Source: a virus
Lineage: Duplodnaviria > Caudoviricetes
Strand: one strand, 5' to 3'
IMG/VR virus record: IMGVR_UViG_3300032275_000189
Span: 1-62,447 of that record
DNA length: 62,447 bases
The translations under genes were made by a program, and so were the position numbers. Positions 9,834 through 19,491 of this stretch are shown in pieces (position 1 is the first letter of the stretch; each line of letters opens with the position of its first letter). The notes below the pieces were generated by a model. The model saw nothing but the letters and a program-made list of their open reading frames with translations, made no database searches and was not told where the DNA came from.

Positions 9834-10147
9834 TGAAAAGTTTTCATGATTTTGTTTGTCTAAAAGAAGAAGATGGGATGCCGCCTGCTCAAAATCAAAT
9901 GAACCCGGCTGCTAATCAAATGCCACCTATAGGTCCAAGTCCAGAGGGACAAAATCCTGGTCAGGAAACAGACCGTGATCCACCGCCAGAAGCAGCATTG
10001 GAAATGGAAAGCATCACAAACGACATTCAACGTCAAGTTCATCGTCTTTTCCAGGTGCTAGATCGACACAATCTGAATAAGAACAAAACAGCTACTCTAT
10101 TGACTACAATTATCCAACAAGCTATGCAGCCAATGGCAAACGGCTAA
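9833..10147 (+). CDS. Putative capsid-internal protein
   Basis: N-terminus MKSFHDFVCLKEE; TAATG coupling. Confidence 0.75.
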   Translation: MKSFHDFVCLKEEDGMPPAQNQMNPAANQMPPIGPSPEGQNPGQETDRDPPPEAALEMESITNDIQRQVHRLFQVLDRHNLNKNKTATLLTTIIQQAMQPMANG

Positions 10148-10161
10148 ACAAGGAATTATGA

Positions 10162-12210
10162 ATGAACGAGAGAAAGCGTATCGTAAGGCAGAATACCACA
10201 AGAAAAACCCAACACGATAAATTGAAAGAAGCATTGGCAAAGAAGCCAACCGCATCGCATTTGAATAGTCAAGGCATTTCGCCATTACAAATGCAGCAAC
10301 TTTCTGGAGTCCCGCCAGAAAAAGAAAAGCTACTCAAAGAACGACTTGTAAAGAATGCTAAGAATCGTAAGAGATTTAGCAATCGCCCTCTCACCATTGT
10401 CCTGTCCGATCAAGTAGCAGGCAATAGCTATATGGAATCATTGAGTGCGACAGATGGTCGCTCCAATGAATGGCCAACACCTGCGTGGTTCCGAACAAGT
10501 GGGCCTGTAGATGTTTCCGTGATTATTCCATTGTATAAAAGCGATAGTGTCATTCAGGATTTGATCCGCACATGGCCCATTGAAAATGGAAAATACAGCG
10601 TTGAAATCATTTTCGTTGACGACCAATGTCCAAAGAAATCCAAAGACGTAGTATTGCAAGCATGGACGCTTCGCAAAGCTGAACTCAAGGGTCCAGTCGG
10701 CAAGATCATTTTCAACTCGACCAACAAAGGCTACGGACAAGCCTGTAATGCAGGGGCCGCTGCTGCGTCAGGCAAGTATTTGATATTCTTGAATGCCGAT
10801 ACAAAAGTGACTTCAGGTTGGGTTGATCCGATGATCGAGCTATTTGACGATCCTAAAACCGGATTGGTCGGGAACATGCACCTTAAAGAAGGTGGCGACC
10901 ACAACGGAACGATTGACAGTGCAGGCTCCGAGTGGAAATGGAACGATATGTCGTTTGTCCACATTGGACGCCACTGCTATCGAAAACAAGGAATCTCAGG
11001 TCCATACAAACCAGAAAACGCACCAAGAGACTTGTTGGAAGTCGGCGAGCGTGAAATGGTAACTGGCTGTTGTTTTACAATGAAGGCTTCATTGTTTGAA
11101 TACATTGGCGGGTTTAATCCAAACTATAGAATTGGATATTGGGAAGATTCAGAAATCTGTCTCAACGTAAGAGAGCTTGGCTACAAAGTCATGTTCCAGC
11201 CAAAATCTGTAATCTACCACAAGCTAGGCCATACAGCCTCCGGTGGTCACAGATACTTTGGCCACAATAAACTTTACTTCATGAATAAATGGGTCAAGTC
11301 TCACCGACTTGATGATCTATTGTTGACAGAAGCACGATCAAAAAACGAAAACCCTGTAACACGCATTCTTGTTCGTCGTAGCAATGCGCATGGAGACGCA
11401 CTGGTCGCTGCCGGTGTATGTGCAGGTCTTAAAAAGAAACATCCTAACGCTCACATTATGTTCTGCACATTGTTTCCTGAAGTCATCTGTCAGAATCCTT
11501 ACATTGATGAATTCATTGATGTGCGTCAAATTCATCAGACTCCATTCGACGTGTTTTACAACTTGGACTTCTGTTATGAATGGCGTCCAAGGATTAACAT
11601 ACTCACTGCCTATGCTGAGGCTGTTGGTGTCAAAAAAGAAGATTGCAAAGTTTGCATGGTGCCACAACCTATTCTTGGCTTCAAGCTACCAGATAACTTT
11701 GTTGTTGTTCACGCTGGTCGCACGGATTGGGCTGGAAGAGATTGGCCACATGAAAACTTCGTTGAACTATCCGAAAGGCTAATGGCTGCTGGCGAAAACG
11801 TCGTAGCGGTAGGGAAGTATTCAGAGGGGCCAATTCCTTGCACTCTTGATTTGAAGTCAAAGACTTCCATTGCAGAAATGGCCTATGTAATGAGCAAAGC
11901 AAAAGCGTTTGTTGGAATTGATTCTTTGCCTATGCACGTCGCCCAAGCCTTTGATGTGCCTGGAGTGTCCTTCTTTGGATGCGTGTGGCCAGAATCAAGA
12001 ATCTATAGCAACAAGATGCGTGGAATCAACGCCCAAGACTTGCCATGCTTAGGATGTCACCATCGCAAGCCAGCACCATCCACTGTAACCAAGACCTGCG
12101 AAACAGGCACACTGGATTGCATCAAAAAAGTGTCAGTAGACGATATGTGGCACAAAGTGCAAGATTTACTTGAGGAAGTGAACAATGGACGTATTAGCCT
12201 CTTGGGATGA
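10162..12210 (+). CDS. Fused GT2 + GT9 (heptosyltransferase-like) glycosyltransferase
   Basis: VSVIIPLY, FVDD, NKGYGQACNAG, FLNAD, YWEDSE; then AHGDAL, FVGIDSLPMHVA and a Cys-rich C-terminus. Confidence 0.9.
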   Translation: MNERKRIVRQNTTRKTQHDKLKEALAKKPTASHLNSQGISPLQMQQLSGVPPEKEKLLKERLVKNAKNRKRFSNRPLTIVLSDQVAGNSYMESLSATDGRSNEWPTPAWFRTSGPVDVSVIIPLYKSDSVIQDLIRTWPIENGKYSVEIIFVDDQCPKKSKDVVLQAWTLRKAELKGPVGKIIFNSTNKGYGQACNAGAAAASGKYLIFLNADTKVTSGWVDPMIELFDDPKTGLVGNMHLKEGGDHNGTIDSAGSEWKWNDMSFVHIGRHCYRKQGISGPYKPENAPRDLLEVGEREMVTGCCFTMKASLFEYIGGFNPNYRIGYWEDSEICLNVRELGYKVMFQPKSVIYHKLGHTASGGHRYFGHNKLYFMNKWVKSHRLDDLLLTEARSKNENPVTRILVRRSNAHGDALVAAGVCAGLKKKHPNAHIMFCTLFPEVICQNPYIDEFIDVRQIHQTPFDVFYNLDFCYEWRPRINILTAYAEAVGVKKEDCKVCMVPQPILGFKLPDNFVVVHAGRTDWAGRDWPHENFVELSERLMAAGENVVAVGKYSEGPIPCTLDLKSKTSIAEMAYVMSKAKAFVGIDSLPMHVAQAFDVPGVSFFGCVWPESRIYSNKMRGINAQDLPCLGCHHRKPAPSTVTKTCETGTLDCIKKVSVDDMWHKVQDLLEEVNNGRISLLG

Positions 12211-12805
12211 TGGATCAACTGCTGATCTTAAAATGGCAGAGCTTATGGCACGTTACAATGTGCCAACCATCTTCTATTGGCCGTCCATGCTAGGCAAAGC
12301 CAAGAATATGGCTATGACTAGCTCGTGGTTGACTGAGGAAAATTGCAAAGAGATTGCCAGCAGATTTGAAATTGGATCACATTCCGCAAGCCATCAACCG
12401 ATGAGCAAGATGACCATCCCACAATTAGGAATGGAAATCACAGATTCTCGTAAGCATTGGCAGGATTTAACCGGACAAGAGATTGAGTCTTTTGCTTATC
12501 CGAAAAGCAGCATGAACAGCTTGACCAAAGCTCTCATTCGAGGAGCAGGATATAAGTCTGCTCGAACCAGCATTCCGGGTCATTTGCGACCCGGCGACGA
12601 TCCTTTTGCAATTCAATGCACTGTTCAGATCGGCATCGACCGTATTGAATACGTCGATAAATGCTGGGAATATTTTGCCGATGAGATGTTGGCCAAGGCC
12701 GATCCTGACAGCGTATTTTATATCTTTGGAAACTCTTGGGACGTGGAAGCGTACAACGATTGGGACGCCCTGGAAACACTTCTCAAGAAGCTGACAGCAC
12801 ATTGA
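12185..12805 (+). CDS. Polysaccharide deacetylase (NodB/CE4-like)
   Basis: SWDDG, EIGSHSASH, FAYP. Confidence 0.85.
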   Translation: MDVLASWDDGSTADLKMAELMARYNVPTIFYWPSMLGKAKNMAMTSSWLTEENCKEIASRFEIGSHSASHQPMSKMTIPQLGMEITDSRKHWQDLTGQEIESFAYPKSSMNSLTKALIRGAGYKSARTSIPGHLRPGDDPFAIQCTVQIGIDRIEYVDKCWEYFADEMLAKADPDSVFYIFGNSWDVEAYNDWDALETLLKKLTAH

Positions 12806-13298
12806 TTTGTCGCAGGCATTTGGGCGGCGCACTACCGTTCATGTCTCCAAAATCATTGTCGGACAGATCAAGCAAAATGCGACAAGAAACCTTCTTTGTG
12901 GTATTTGAGCAAATCCTTGAAAATTGATCCACTGAATGGCAGTGTTCAATGGGAACTTCAATAACTGTAATTTCTGATTCTTCAATCAATTGAAATAATT
13001 TCTGCCACGCCTCTTCTGGCAAATGAAGTTCGATACCAAGAATAACAACTCCAAATGGCTTATCTGGCTTGCCGGTCCAGTTTTCAAAACCAATTTGGAG
13101 ATGCTGATGATTCCCAATTTCCAATAAGTCTGTTCGTGGATCAATAACAACAACTTTCTTATCAGATGGCAAGAAGGCAGTCATAGGTGTCTTGTATCCA
13201 CCTAATTCAATTACTGTTTTGCAATCACGAACAAAGTGAGCAGCCAGTATGCTGCGAGCCTTAAATGGCTCTGACCATAAATACTTCCATTCAATCAT
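12783..13298 (-). CDS. Hypothetical methyltransferase-fold protein
   Basis: VIELGGY, VVIDP; in an operon with a methyltransferase and an epimerase. Confidence 0.6.
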   Translation of the reverse strand: MIEWKYLWSEPFKARSILAAHFVRDCKTVIELGGYKTPMTAFLPSDKKVVVIDPRTDLLEIGNHQHLQIGFENWTGKPDKPFGVVILGIELHLPEEAWQKLFQLIEESEITVIEVPIEHCHSVDQFSRICSNTTKKVSCRILLDLSDNDFGDMNGSAPPKCLRQINVLSAS

Positions 13299-13897
13299 GC
13301 CAATTTCCTCACAATAGCTACGCCAGTACCAATCCTGATGTTGCACACTTCATACGAATTCAATTGTTGCAATTCTTCTATTAGCTTAGGCACGCCCGTT
13401 TGAACCATACTGTCGTGCAAAGTAATGATTCCATGCACTGGAACCAGTTCTGAATATGCAAAAAAGTCATGTTTTGCCCATTCGTATGAATGGTCAGCGT
13501 CTATGTGCAAGTAATCTATTTGTTTGCCAACAAAATCTTCCAAAGCATCTTTGGTTGTTTTCTTGATAATCTTCACATCGAAAGACTGAGTAAAAAACGT
13601 ATCTTGTTTGTGATAGTCTGGCTCGCCCCACCCGGCTTCTGGCATGTCTGCGTCTACCAAAATGGTTTCGCTTTCATTGAATATTCCAACATCAAATTGA
13701 GCCTGTCGCATCAATCGAGGAACGAATCCACTTCCTGATCCGAGGCAAACACAGCACTTTGATTTGTACATATAAGGGAAAGCATAGTGCAATATGCCAC
13801 CGCCAAGAAAGCTATTTGTTCCATGATAGCTACCATGAAACATTTCATCACGAGTGATCCATTGCTCAATACAATCTTTGTTGATTAAGGGAATCAC
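13295..13897 (-). CDS. Class I SAM methyltransferase (Methyltransf_24-like)
   Basis: LGSGSG, IDYLHIDADHSYE, GIITLHD; start inferred from GTGA overlap. Confidence 0.8.
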   Translation of the reverse strand: MIPLINKDCIEQWITRDEMFHGSYHGTNSFLGGGILHYAFPYMYKSKCCVCLGSGSGFVPRLMRQAQFDVGIFNESETILVDADMPEAGWGEPDYHKQDTFFTQSFDVKIIKKTTKDALEDFVGKQIDYLHIDADHSYEWAKHDFFAYSELVPVHGIITLHDSMVQTGVPKLIEELQQLNSYEVCNIRIGTGVAIVRKLA

Positions 13898-14808
13898 GAG
13901 AACAATCCTTTCAGCCAATTCGACCAACTAGACTTATCTTCAGGAAGCAGGTCTACTTCATCCAGGAATCCATTGATGTAATCTTCAAGTCCTACCGTTG
14001 GAAACCAATTTAGTTTGTCAGACGTAAATTGAATATCTGCAAGCGTGGAATCGGCTTCGCCAGGACGCTGCGGAAGATAGATGATCTCTTGAGGCTCAAA
14101 CATCTCTGCAACTTCTTTGATAGAGAAGTTAACGCCGGAGCCAAGATTGAAAATCTCTCCATTCCAACTTTCACAAGACATGGCGATCAAGCCAGTCACA
14201 ATGTCGCTGACGTGTGTGAAATCTCTTCTCTGCTCGCCAGTGCCAGTAACAGTAAGTGATTCTTTGGCAGTCTTCTGTCTTTCAAAGATTCCAATTACCG
14301 TTGCATATTGACCTTCGGTTGGCTGTCGTGGCCCATAAACATTAAAGAATCTTGCAATGGCAACAGGGACACCATAGACCTGATTGTACATTATGCACAT
14401 TTCTTCACCGAGCCATTTTGACAGTGCGTATGGGTTTTTATGAGGATCACCATAAAAGGAAGATGATCCTGCGTAGACCAGTTTGGCCCCCATCTTCTTG
14501 GCAAGCTCCAAAGCTCTCATCGTGCCAAGCACATTGATGCTGGATGTTTCAATAGGCAATTGAAAGCTCGGCTGAATGCGTGCTTGTGCGCCCAAGTGAA
14601 ATATCACATCGTATTTGTCATCTTCTGCAAACAAAGAAGACAAATCATCTTGAATATCCGCATTGATCCATTTTGTTTTTGGATTCAGACGACTTTGTTT
14701 GCCCGTTGAAAGGTTGTCCACCACACAAACTTCGCAGCCCAATTCAACAAGCCTATCGGTTAAATTTGATCCAATAAACCCTAATCCACCAGTAACAATA
14801 CATCGCAT
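13894..14808 (-). CDS. NAD-dependent nucleotide-sugar epimerase/dehydratase
   Basis: TGGLGFIGS, YALSK (YxxxK), RFFNVYGP, RDFTHVSD. Confidence 0.92.
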   Translation of the reverse strand: MRCIVTGGLGFIGSNLTDRLVELGCEVCVVDNLSTGKQSRLNPKTKWINADIQDDLSSLFAEDDKYDVIFHLGAQARIQPSFQLPIETSSINVLGTMRALELAKKMGAKLVYAGSSSFYGDPHKNPYALSKWLGEEMCIMYNQVYGVPVAIARFFNVYGPRQPTEGQYATVIGIFERQKTAKESLTVTGTGEQRRDFTHVSDIVTGLIAMSCESWNGEIFNLGSGVNFSIKEVAEMFEPQEIIYLPQRPGEADSTLADIQFTSDKLNWFPTVGLEDYINGFLDEVDLLPEDKSSWSNWLKGLFS

Positions 14809-14900
14809 AATTAGATTCTCCTTGCATTAAGAGAGGGTGCCGAATTCTATTTTTTGGTGACGACACTATATATCTTAGCTGCTTAAAACAGGGAGGAATC

Positions 14901-15341
14901 ATGAAACGACAGCTTACCGCATTTGAAGTACAAGATGTACTCCGTAAACTTGAATTATATCTAAACGATCTAAAGGTTCGCTGGAATCAGGAGAACCCTG
15001 GTGGCGTTCGCTCTTGGTTCACGGTGCCAAGAAGCTACATCTTACAAGCAACGACATTTATTGTCGGCATTATTGACGAACTGATTACGTTTGTCGAGCC
15101 AGTCATCCCAGAAGGCAGCGACAAGAAGGCTGCTGTTTTGGCAGTAGTAGGCAAGCTGTTTGACTACATCGCAGTCCAAGCGTTCCCTTTCTGGCTGAAG
15201 CCATTTGCAGGGACAATTAAGGCAATTGTAGTGGGCATTATCATCAGTCATTTGATTGATTTTATCGTCGCCAAATACAACTCTGGTTATTGGTCTATGA
15301 AGCAGGAGGCTACAAATGGCACAACGGATCAAGTTGCGTAA
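14901..15341 (+). CDS. Hypothetical membrane protein (holin-like candidate)
   Basis: Strong GGGAGG RBS; amphipathic/hydrophobic helices; GSDKKAAVL; upstream TATATA. Confidence 0.6.
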   Translation: MKRQLTAFEVQDVLRKLELYLNDLKVRWNQENPGGVRSWFTVPRSYILQATTFIVGIIDELITFVEPVIPEGSDKKAAVLAVVGKLFDYIAVQAFPFWLKPFAGTIKAIVVGIIISHLIDFIVAKYNSGYWSMKQEATNGTTDQVA

Positions 15342-16272
15342 TCCCGTATGCAATCTTTTACCCTACGACCGAGAAGACCTCTTGACTATTCAAGATGTCG
15401 AACAAAAAGTAGGTTGGGAAATCACAGCATTCAATCTTCCTGAAGCCTGGGAATTTACTAAGGGCGAAGGAGTGATTGTAGCTGTACTCGATACAGGTGC
15501 AGATTTAGACCACGAAGACCTCGTGGAGAATCTTCTTCCTGGCAGGAACTTCGTTGACCCGAATTCCCCACCAGAAGATGACAACGGACATGGTTCGCAC
15601 GTCACGGGCATCATCTGTGCGATCAATAATGCGTTTGGTGTTGTGGGCGTTGCTCCAAAAGCCAAAGTCATACCTGTTAAGGTATTAGACAAGAAAGGCG
15701 CTGGAAACCTGCCTAACGTCGCTAATGGCATTCGTTGGGCCGCAGACCAGGGTGCCGACTTCATTACGATGTCTCTTGGCGCACCGGCTCAAGTGCCGAT
15801 GATTCAAGACGCCATTCGCTATGCAGCTTCTAAGGGAACGGTGACATGGTGCGCTGCCGGTAATGCTGGCAGGACACGTCAAATCTTCTACCCGGCTGCT
15901 TACCCTGAAGTAATTGGCATTGGTGCCATTGATGAGAATTTTGACCGTGCTTCATTTAGCTGCACTGGTCCAGACTTGGATTTCGTTGCCCCAGGCGTGC
16001 GAATCCTGAGTACAGTTCCAGATAACTGGTATGCTGTTCTCTCAGGAACAAGCATGGCAAATCCATTTGCTGTAGGCGTGGCAGCATTGCTGCTTTCCTA
16101 TAAGCGAAGCAAAGGCTTGAATATCCAACTAAAAGACAATACGGACTACATCAACTTGATGAAGTCCTATGCAACACCAACGAAAAATCCCGAATTCGCC
16201 GGTCAAAGATTCTTTGAGGGATTCGGGATTATTGACCCACGCAAAATGGAAGAATGGGTCAAATCACATTAG
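15316..16272 (+). CDS. Subtilisin-like S8 serine peptidase, no signal peptide
   Basis: VAVLDTG, HGSHVTG, AAGN, SGTSMA. Confidence 0.95.
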   Translation: MAQRIKLRNPVCNLLPYDREDLLTIQDVEQKVGWEITAFNLPEAWEFTKGEGVIVAVLDTGADLDHEDLVENLLPGRNFVDPNSPPEDDNGHGSHVTGIICAINNAFGVVGVAPKAKVIPVKVLDKKGAGNLPNVANGIRWAADQGADFITMSLGAPAQVPMIQDAIRYAASKGTVTWCAAGNAGRTRQIFYPAAYPEVIGIGAIDENFDRASFSCTGPDLDFVAPGVRILSTVPDNWYAVLSGTSMANPFAVGVAALLLSYKRSKGLNIQLKDNTDYINLMKSYATPTKNPEFAGQRFFEGFGIIDPRKMEEWVKSH

Positions 16273-16854
16273 TTGTTCTCGGAGTTCTTGAATCTTTAAT
16301 TTCAAGACTCCGGCAACTTCATAGTTTTCAACCTTGACGGCCTTGGCCATTTTATCTTCAAGGTTTTTAATTTGATCCTGAACACTGAGCGCCGCTTCTT
16401 CTTGGAGGCGGCGTTTTTTTTGTTCTTCAGGGAATTTCTTAGGCACCTTGCCAACGTGTTTGGTTGCACCATTCTGACACTTCTGAAGAATGTGTTCGAC
16501 AGATGCTTGATAGTATTCATAGCACTTGGCGCAGCCGAACTTGCCGGTCTTGGAAATATCTTCTGGGGTCGTCCCACAACCAGGACATTTCGTTGTTTGT
16601 GATGCAGCTTTAGCCGTTGCTCGCTTCTGAGAAGCAACAGTCCCAAGCATCAACAGAGACAATAGGCCAAGCAGCCCGCCCAAACTAGATGGTTTTTCTG
16701 GTTCCGGTTTAACCTCTGGTTCGACTGGACCACCAGTATATTTTGCTGCACATTTATCGCACATATGCAACTCAGTATAACTACCGTCCTTCAGTTCTGT
16801 GACATGCAGAACCTTCTTATCATCACATGGTTGTTTGGAATACGGACAGTCCAT
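16264..16854 (-). CDS. mcsA: McsA-like protein (CXXC motifs plus UvrB/C coil)
   Basis: LHMCDKCA, CPGCG, GKFGCAKCY, HVGKVPK, AVKVENYEVAGVLK. Confidence 0.8.
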   Translation of the reverse strand: MDCPYSKQPCDDKKVLHVTELKDGSYTELHMCDKCAAKYTGGPVEPEVKPEPEKPSSLGGLLGLLSLLMLGTVASQKRATAKAASQTTKCPGCGTTPEDISKTGKFGCAKCYEYYQASVEHILQKCQNGATKHVGKVPKKFPEEQKKRRLQEEAALSVQDQIKNLEDKMAKAVKVENYEVAGVLKLKIQELREQLM

Positions 16855-16857
16855 AGG

Positions 16858-17433
16858 TCATTCCTTTTTTCTTTCGATTAACTTTTCTACATTGTGAATA
16901 GATCGAATTTGATTAAGCGTGAAATCAACTTCTTTCTTTTCCAATTTATCGAATTCCTTTAAGGTCTTCTCGGCAAATGCTTCGTAGGCGACAGCATATT
17001 TCTTTCTCAATTCCAATAGTTGATTATTGTACTTCTCAATATCGGCCTTGAGAGCAGGCTTGTCTTCGCCCTCGCCTTTTGGCTTGTAATCAGGATTGTC
17101 AAACTTTTTAAGTTCACGACTCCAGGCTTTCTGCAAGGTGGTCATTAGCTTGGTTTGTTTCTCAGCCAACTCAAGTATAAAAACATTTTGCTCTTGAGTC
17201 GATAAGTCACTGAGTTTTTTCTCTGCCTTAGTAGCTCCAACGATCAATTTAAGGTCTTTGTAGCCACCAGTGAATGTAGCAGCCTCGATCTTTTTGAAAT
17301 GACCCAAAGCCTTTTCATAATCCACCAAAAGAGGAGGCGGTGGCTCTGGAGTGAAGATGATGATTTGCGCACTAGCAATCTGGCAATTGATGCCAAACGC
17401 CATGACAAGAAAAAAACAAAGTAAGTATTTCAT
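16858..17433 (-). CDS. Hypothetical secreted protein
   Basis: Signal peptide MKYLLCFFLVMAFG...ASA; GGAG RBS. Confidence 0.7.
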   Translation of the reverse strand: MKYLLCFFLVMAFGINCQIASAQIIIFTPEPPPPLLVDYEKALGHFKKIEAATFTGGYKDLKLIVGATKAEKKLSDLSTQEQNVFILELAEKQTKLMTTLQKAWSRELKKFDNPDYKPKGEGEDKPALKADIEKYNNQLLELRKKYAVAYEAFAEKTLKEFDKLEKKEVDFTLNQIRSIHNVEKLIERKKE

Positions 17434-17487
17434 TTTATCTCCAATGTGGAGTTGGTCCACATATTCATAGGAGCGATAATAATGAAT

Positions 17488-18312
17488 TTATGCGGGAATG
17501 CCGTCACCTTTTATTCTCAAAACAAAACCGTCATTTTCAATCGCTGGAGTATTGGCGGGAACAATTCTTTTGATCCAAATAGGGATGCTATCTAAGGGGC
17601 GAATATCTCCCACAGAAGCCGTTGTGTTAAAAACGATATTGTTGGGAGTAGTCGTATCAACATCAATAACATCGGCTATACGATTGATCGGACCACCACT
17701 CACTGACTTCACGACGCTAATCGTTGTTGTCTGACTGGCGACTAGGTTGTTGCCTCCTGTCTTGAGGACCAATACCTCATGATACCTTTTTGATGCCGCT
17801 TCAACAAAGTCAATTTCAAACACAACGCTCGATCCAGCCAAAGAACCAGACACAATAACGTCTTCAAGATTTGTGATCGCTCGAAGTGCAGTTTGAAGAT
17901 TGCCTGACCAAACAGATAAGTCAGAGTTCCAATTTACCAACACATCATGGTTGCTGGTGTCGGTGTATGTCAAAGTGAAAGAGCCACCTGTAATAGATGT
18001 GGCATTTGTGACTGTCAGGTTTTGTCGTTCATCCTCGAAAGAGAATCCCAATTGCACAGTCACTTCGCCTGGAGTGTCATATGCAACGTAAATCAATGCG
18101 TTGTAAAGGGAATCGACATTGCTTTCGTTATTGACATAAAAGCAACGATAGTCGATCACGCCAGATTTCGTTTCAGCATCCGTGACATCATCAAACAGTC
18201 TTTTGTTGAGGATTGGTTGAACAGACGGATCGCCGCCCAAAGACTCATTTGGGTCGGAGTTTGTGCTGCCGCCTGAAAAAGTAAAGGTGATGTCAGAATT
18301 TGATAGGGGCAT
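17488..18312 (-). CDS. Putative virion structural protein
   Basis: S/T/G/V-rich beta-type composition; LFDDV...DYRCFYV and IWIKR motifs resemble phage virion proteins. Confidence 0.6.
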   Translation of the reverse strand: MPLSNSDITFTFSGGSTNSDPNESLGGDPSVQPILNKRLFDDVTDAETKSGVIDYRCFYVNNESNVDSLYNALIYVAYDTPGEVTVQLGFSFEDERQNLTVTNATSITGGSFTLTYTDTSNHDVLVNWNSDLSVWSGNLQTALRAITNLEDVIVSGSLAGSSVVFEIDFVEAASKRYHEVLVLKTGGNNLVASQTTTISVVKSVSGGPINRIADVIDVDTTTPNNIVFNTTASVGDIRPLDSIPIWIKRIVPANTPAIENDGFVLRIKGDGIPA

Positions 18313-18617
18313 TATTTGTTACCTTCAGAGATATTCTTCGCCAGGATATATCGGACGTTGCGAGGGGTATATCCGGTGAACTCGGCTATTTCTCGAACTC
18401 CCCAGCCTAATTGAGCGAGGTTCTGAACTTTTTGATGATTCACCTTTTGTCTATTCGGCGAGACATCGTTTGAGTGTAGAATACGATATATCTCGGCCTC
18501 CGATTTGCCAAATTGTTGGGCTATTTCGGAGATGCGTATTTTTGGGCTGTTAAGGTAAACATTTATGATGTCCCCGTCGCCGCCCTGGTCGGTGATGAAT
18601 TGTTTGAATCCGTACAT
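18312..18617 (-). CDS. Double HTH DNA-binding protein with capsid-targeting-like N-terminus
   Basis: ISEIAQQFGKS, VREIAEFTGYTPRNVRYIL; MYGFKQFITD; TAAATA-N4-ATG. Confidence 0.75.
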   Translation of the reverse strand: MYGFKQFITDQGGDGDIINVYLNSPKIRISEIAQQFGKSEAEIYRILHSNDVSPNRQKVNHQKVQNLAQLGWGVREIAEFTGYTPRNVRYILAKNISEGNK

Positions 18618-18657
18618 GCTTTATTTACGCTTGGGGGTTATTTTTCCCCAAAGGGTA

Positions 18658-18686
18658 TTGACCCACCGAATATACAACGATAACAT
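18658..18686 (+). promoter_or_regulatory. Sigma70-type promoter
   Basis: TTGACC-N17-TAACAT. Confidence 0.6.
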
Positions 18687-18705
18687 TTAAGGCTGGAGGT
18701 TGCTC

Positions 18706-19482
18706 ATGGGGTATAATCGCTACATCGACTGGAAGCCGGAACCGGCAAACTCAAAGATTCTACAGATATATTCCAAGGGCTTGGAGTATGCCTTGGTTTC
18801 TTCCGACTATGAGCAGTGCCATCCGTTTGTCTGGTGCAAGGATTTCTTGCATGACGTTATGTACGGAACCCTCCACAATAAGTGGTTTGAAATATACAAA
18901 TTCAAATACAACCCTGCTCTCGATCCGGCTCCTTGCCTTGATCGGGTTAGATTGCTGCTCACAAACTCAAAAGACAAGAAGTTCGCAGAGAAAATCCCGG
19001 CTGTTCTTGATTTCATCAATCAAATTGAAGAACGCCTCAAGATCAAAAAGTCATTTGCTCGGCAATGCGGCTATCCACCCGAAGCATACCAAAAAGCTGG
19101 TGTGTTTATGTTCGAGGGAAGCAAAAGATGGATTCAATCGCCGCCGATGCTCTCGCTCTACACCCTGTTATTGCGTGTAGGGTTCTGTCACACAGTAGGT
19201 GACTCCTTCATGAAAACAATCGAAGGAGTCAAGTCTGGTGAGATCAAGCCTTACCAGAAGAAGGACGGATACTGGCTCAAAAGCTCAGATGTCGCCCTTC
19301 AAAAGATTTTGCGGGTCGGCGACCGGCGAATCTTCTACAGAGATATTCAGTTGAACTACCCTAGCAATATGCAGATCGACTCGATCCACAATAGGCTGGG
19401 TATTATCGGGTTTGCTACTGACATGATGTATAAGGCCATTGGCCAACCCGTTCTCGTTCCGTACTGGCACTATCAAAAGTGA
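18706..19482 (+). CDS. Hypothetical protein linked to the amidoligase gene
   Basis: GGAGG RBS; CHPFVWCKDFLHD motif; directly upstream of the ligase. Confidence 0.75.
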   Translation: MGYNRYIDWKPEPANSKILQIYSKGLEYALVSSDYEQCHPFVWCKDFLHDVMYGTLHNKWFEIYKFKYNPALDPAPCLDRVRLLLTNSKDKKFAEKIPAVLDFINQIEERLKIKKSFARQCGYPPEAYQKAGVFMFEGSKRWIQSPPMLSLYTLLLRVGFCHTVGDSFMKTIEGVKSGEIKPYQKKDGYWLKSSDVALQKILRVGDRRIFYRDIQLNYPSNMQIDSIHNRLGIIGFATDMMYKAIGQPVLVPYWHYQK

Positions 19483-19491
19483 GGATTCGCT

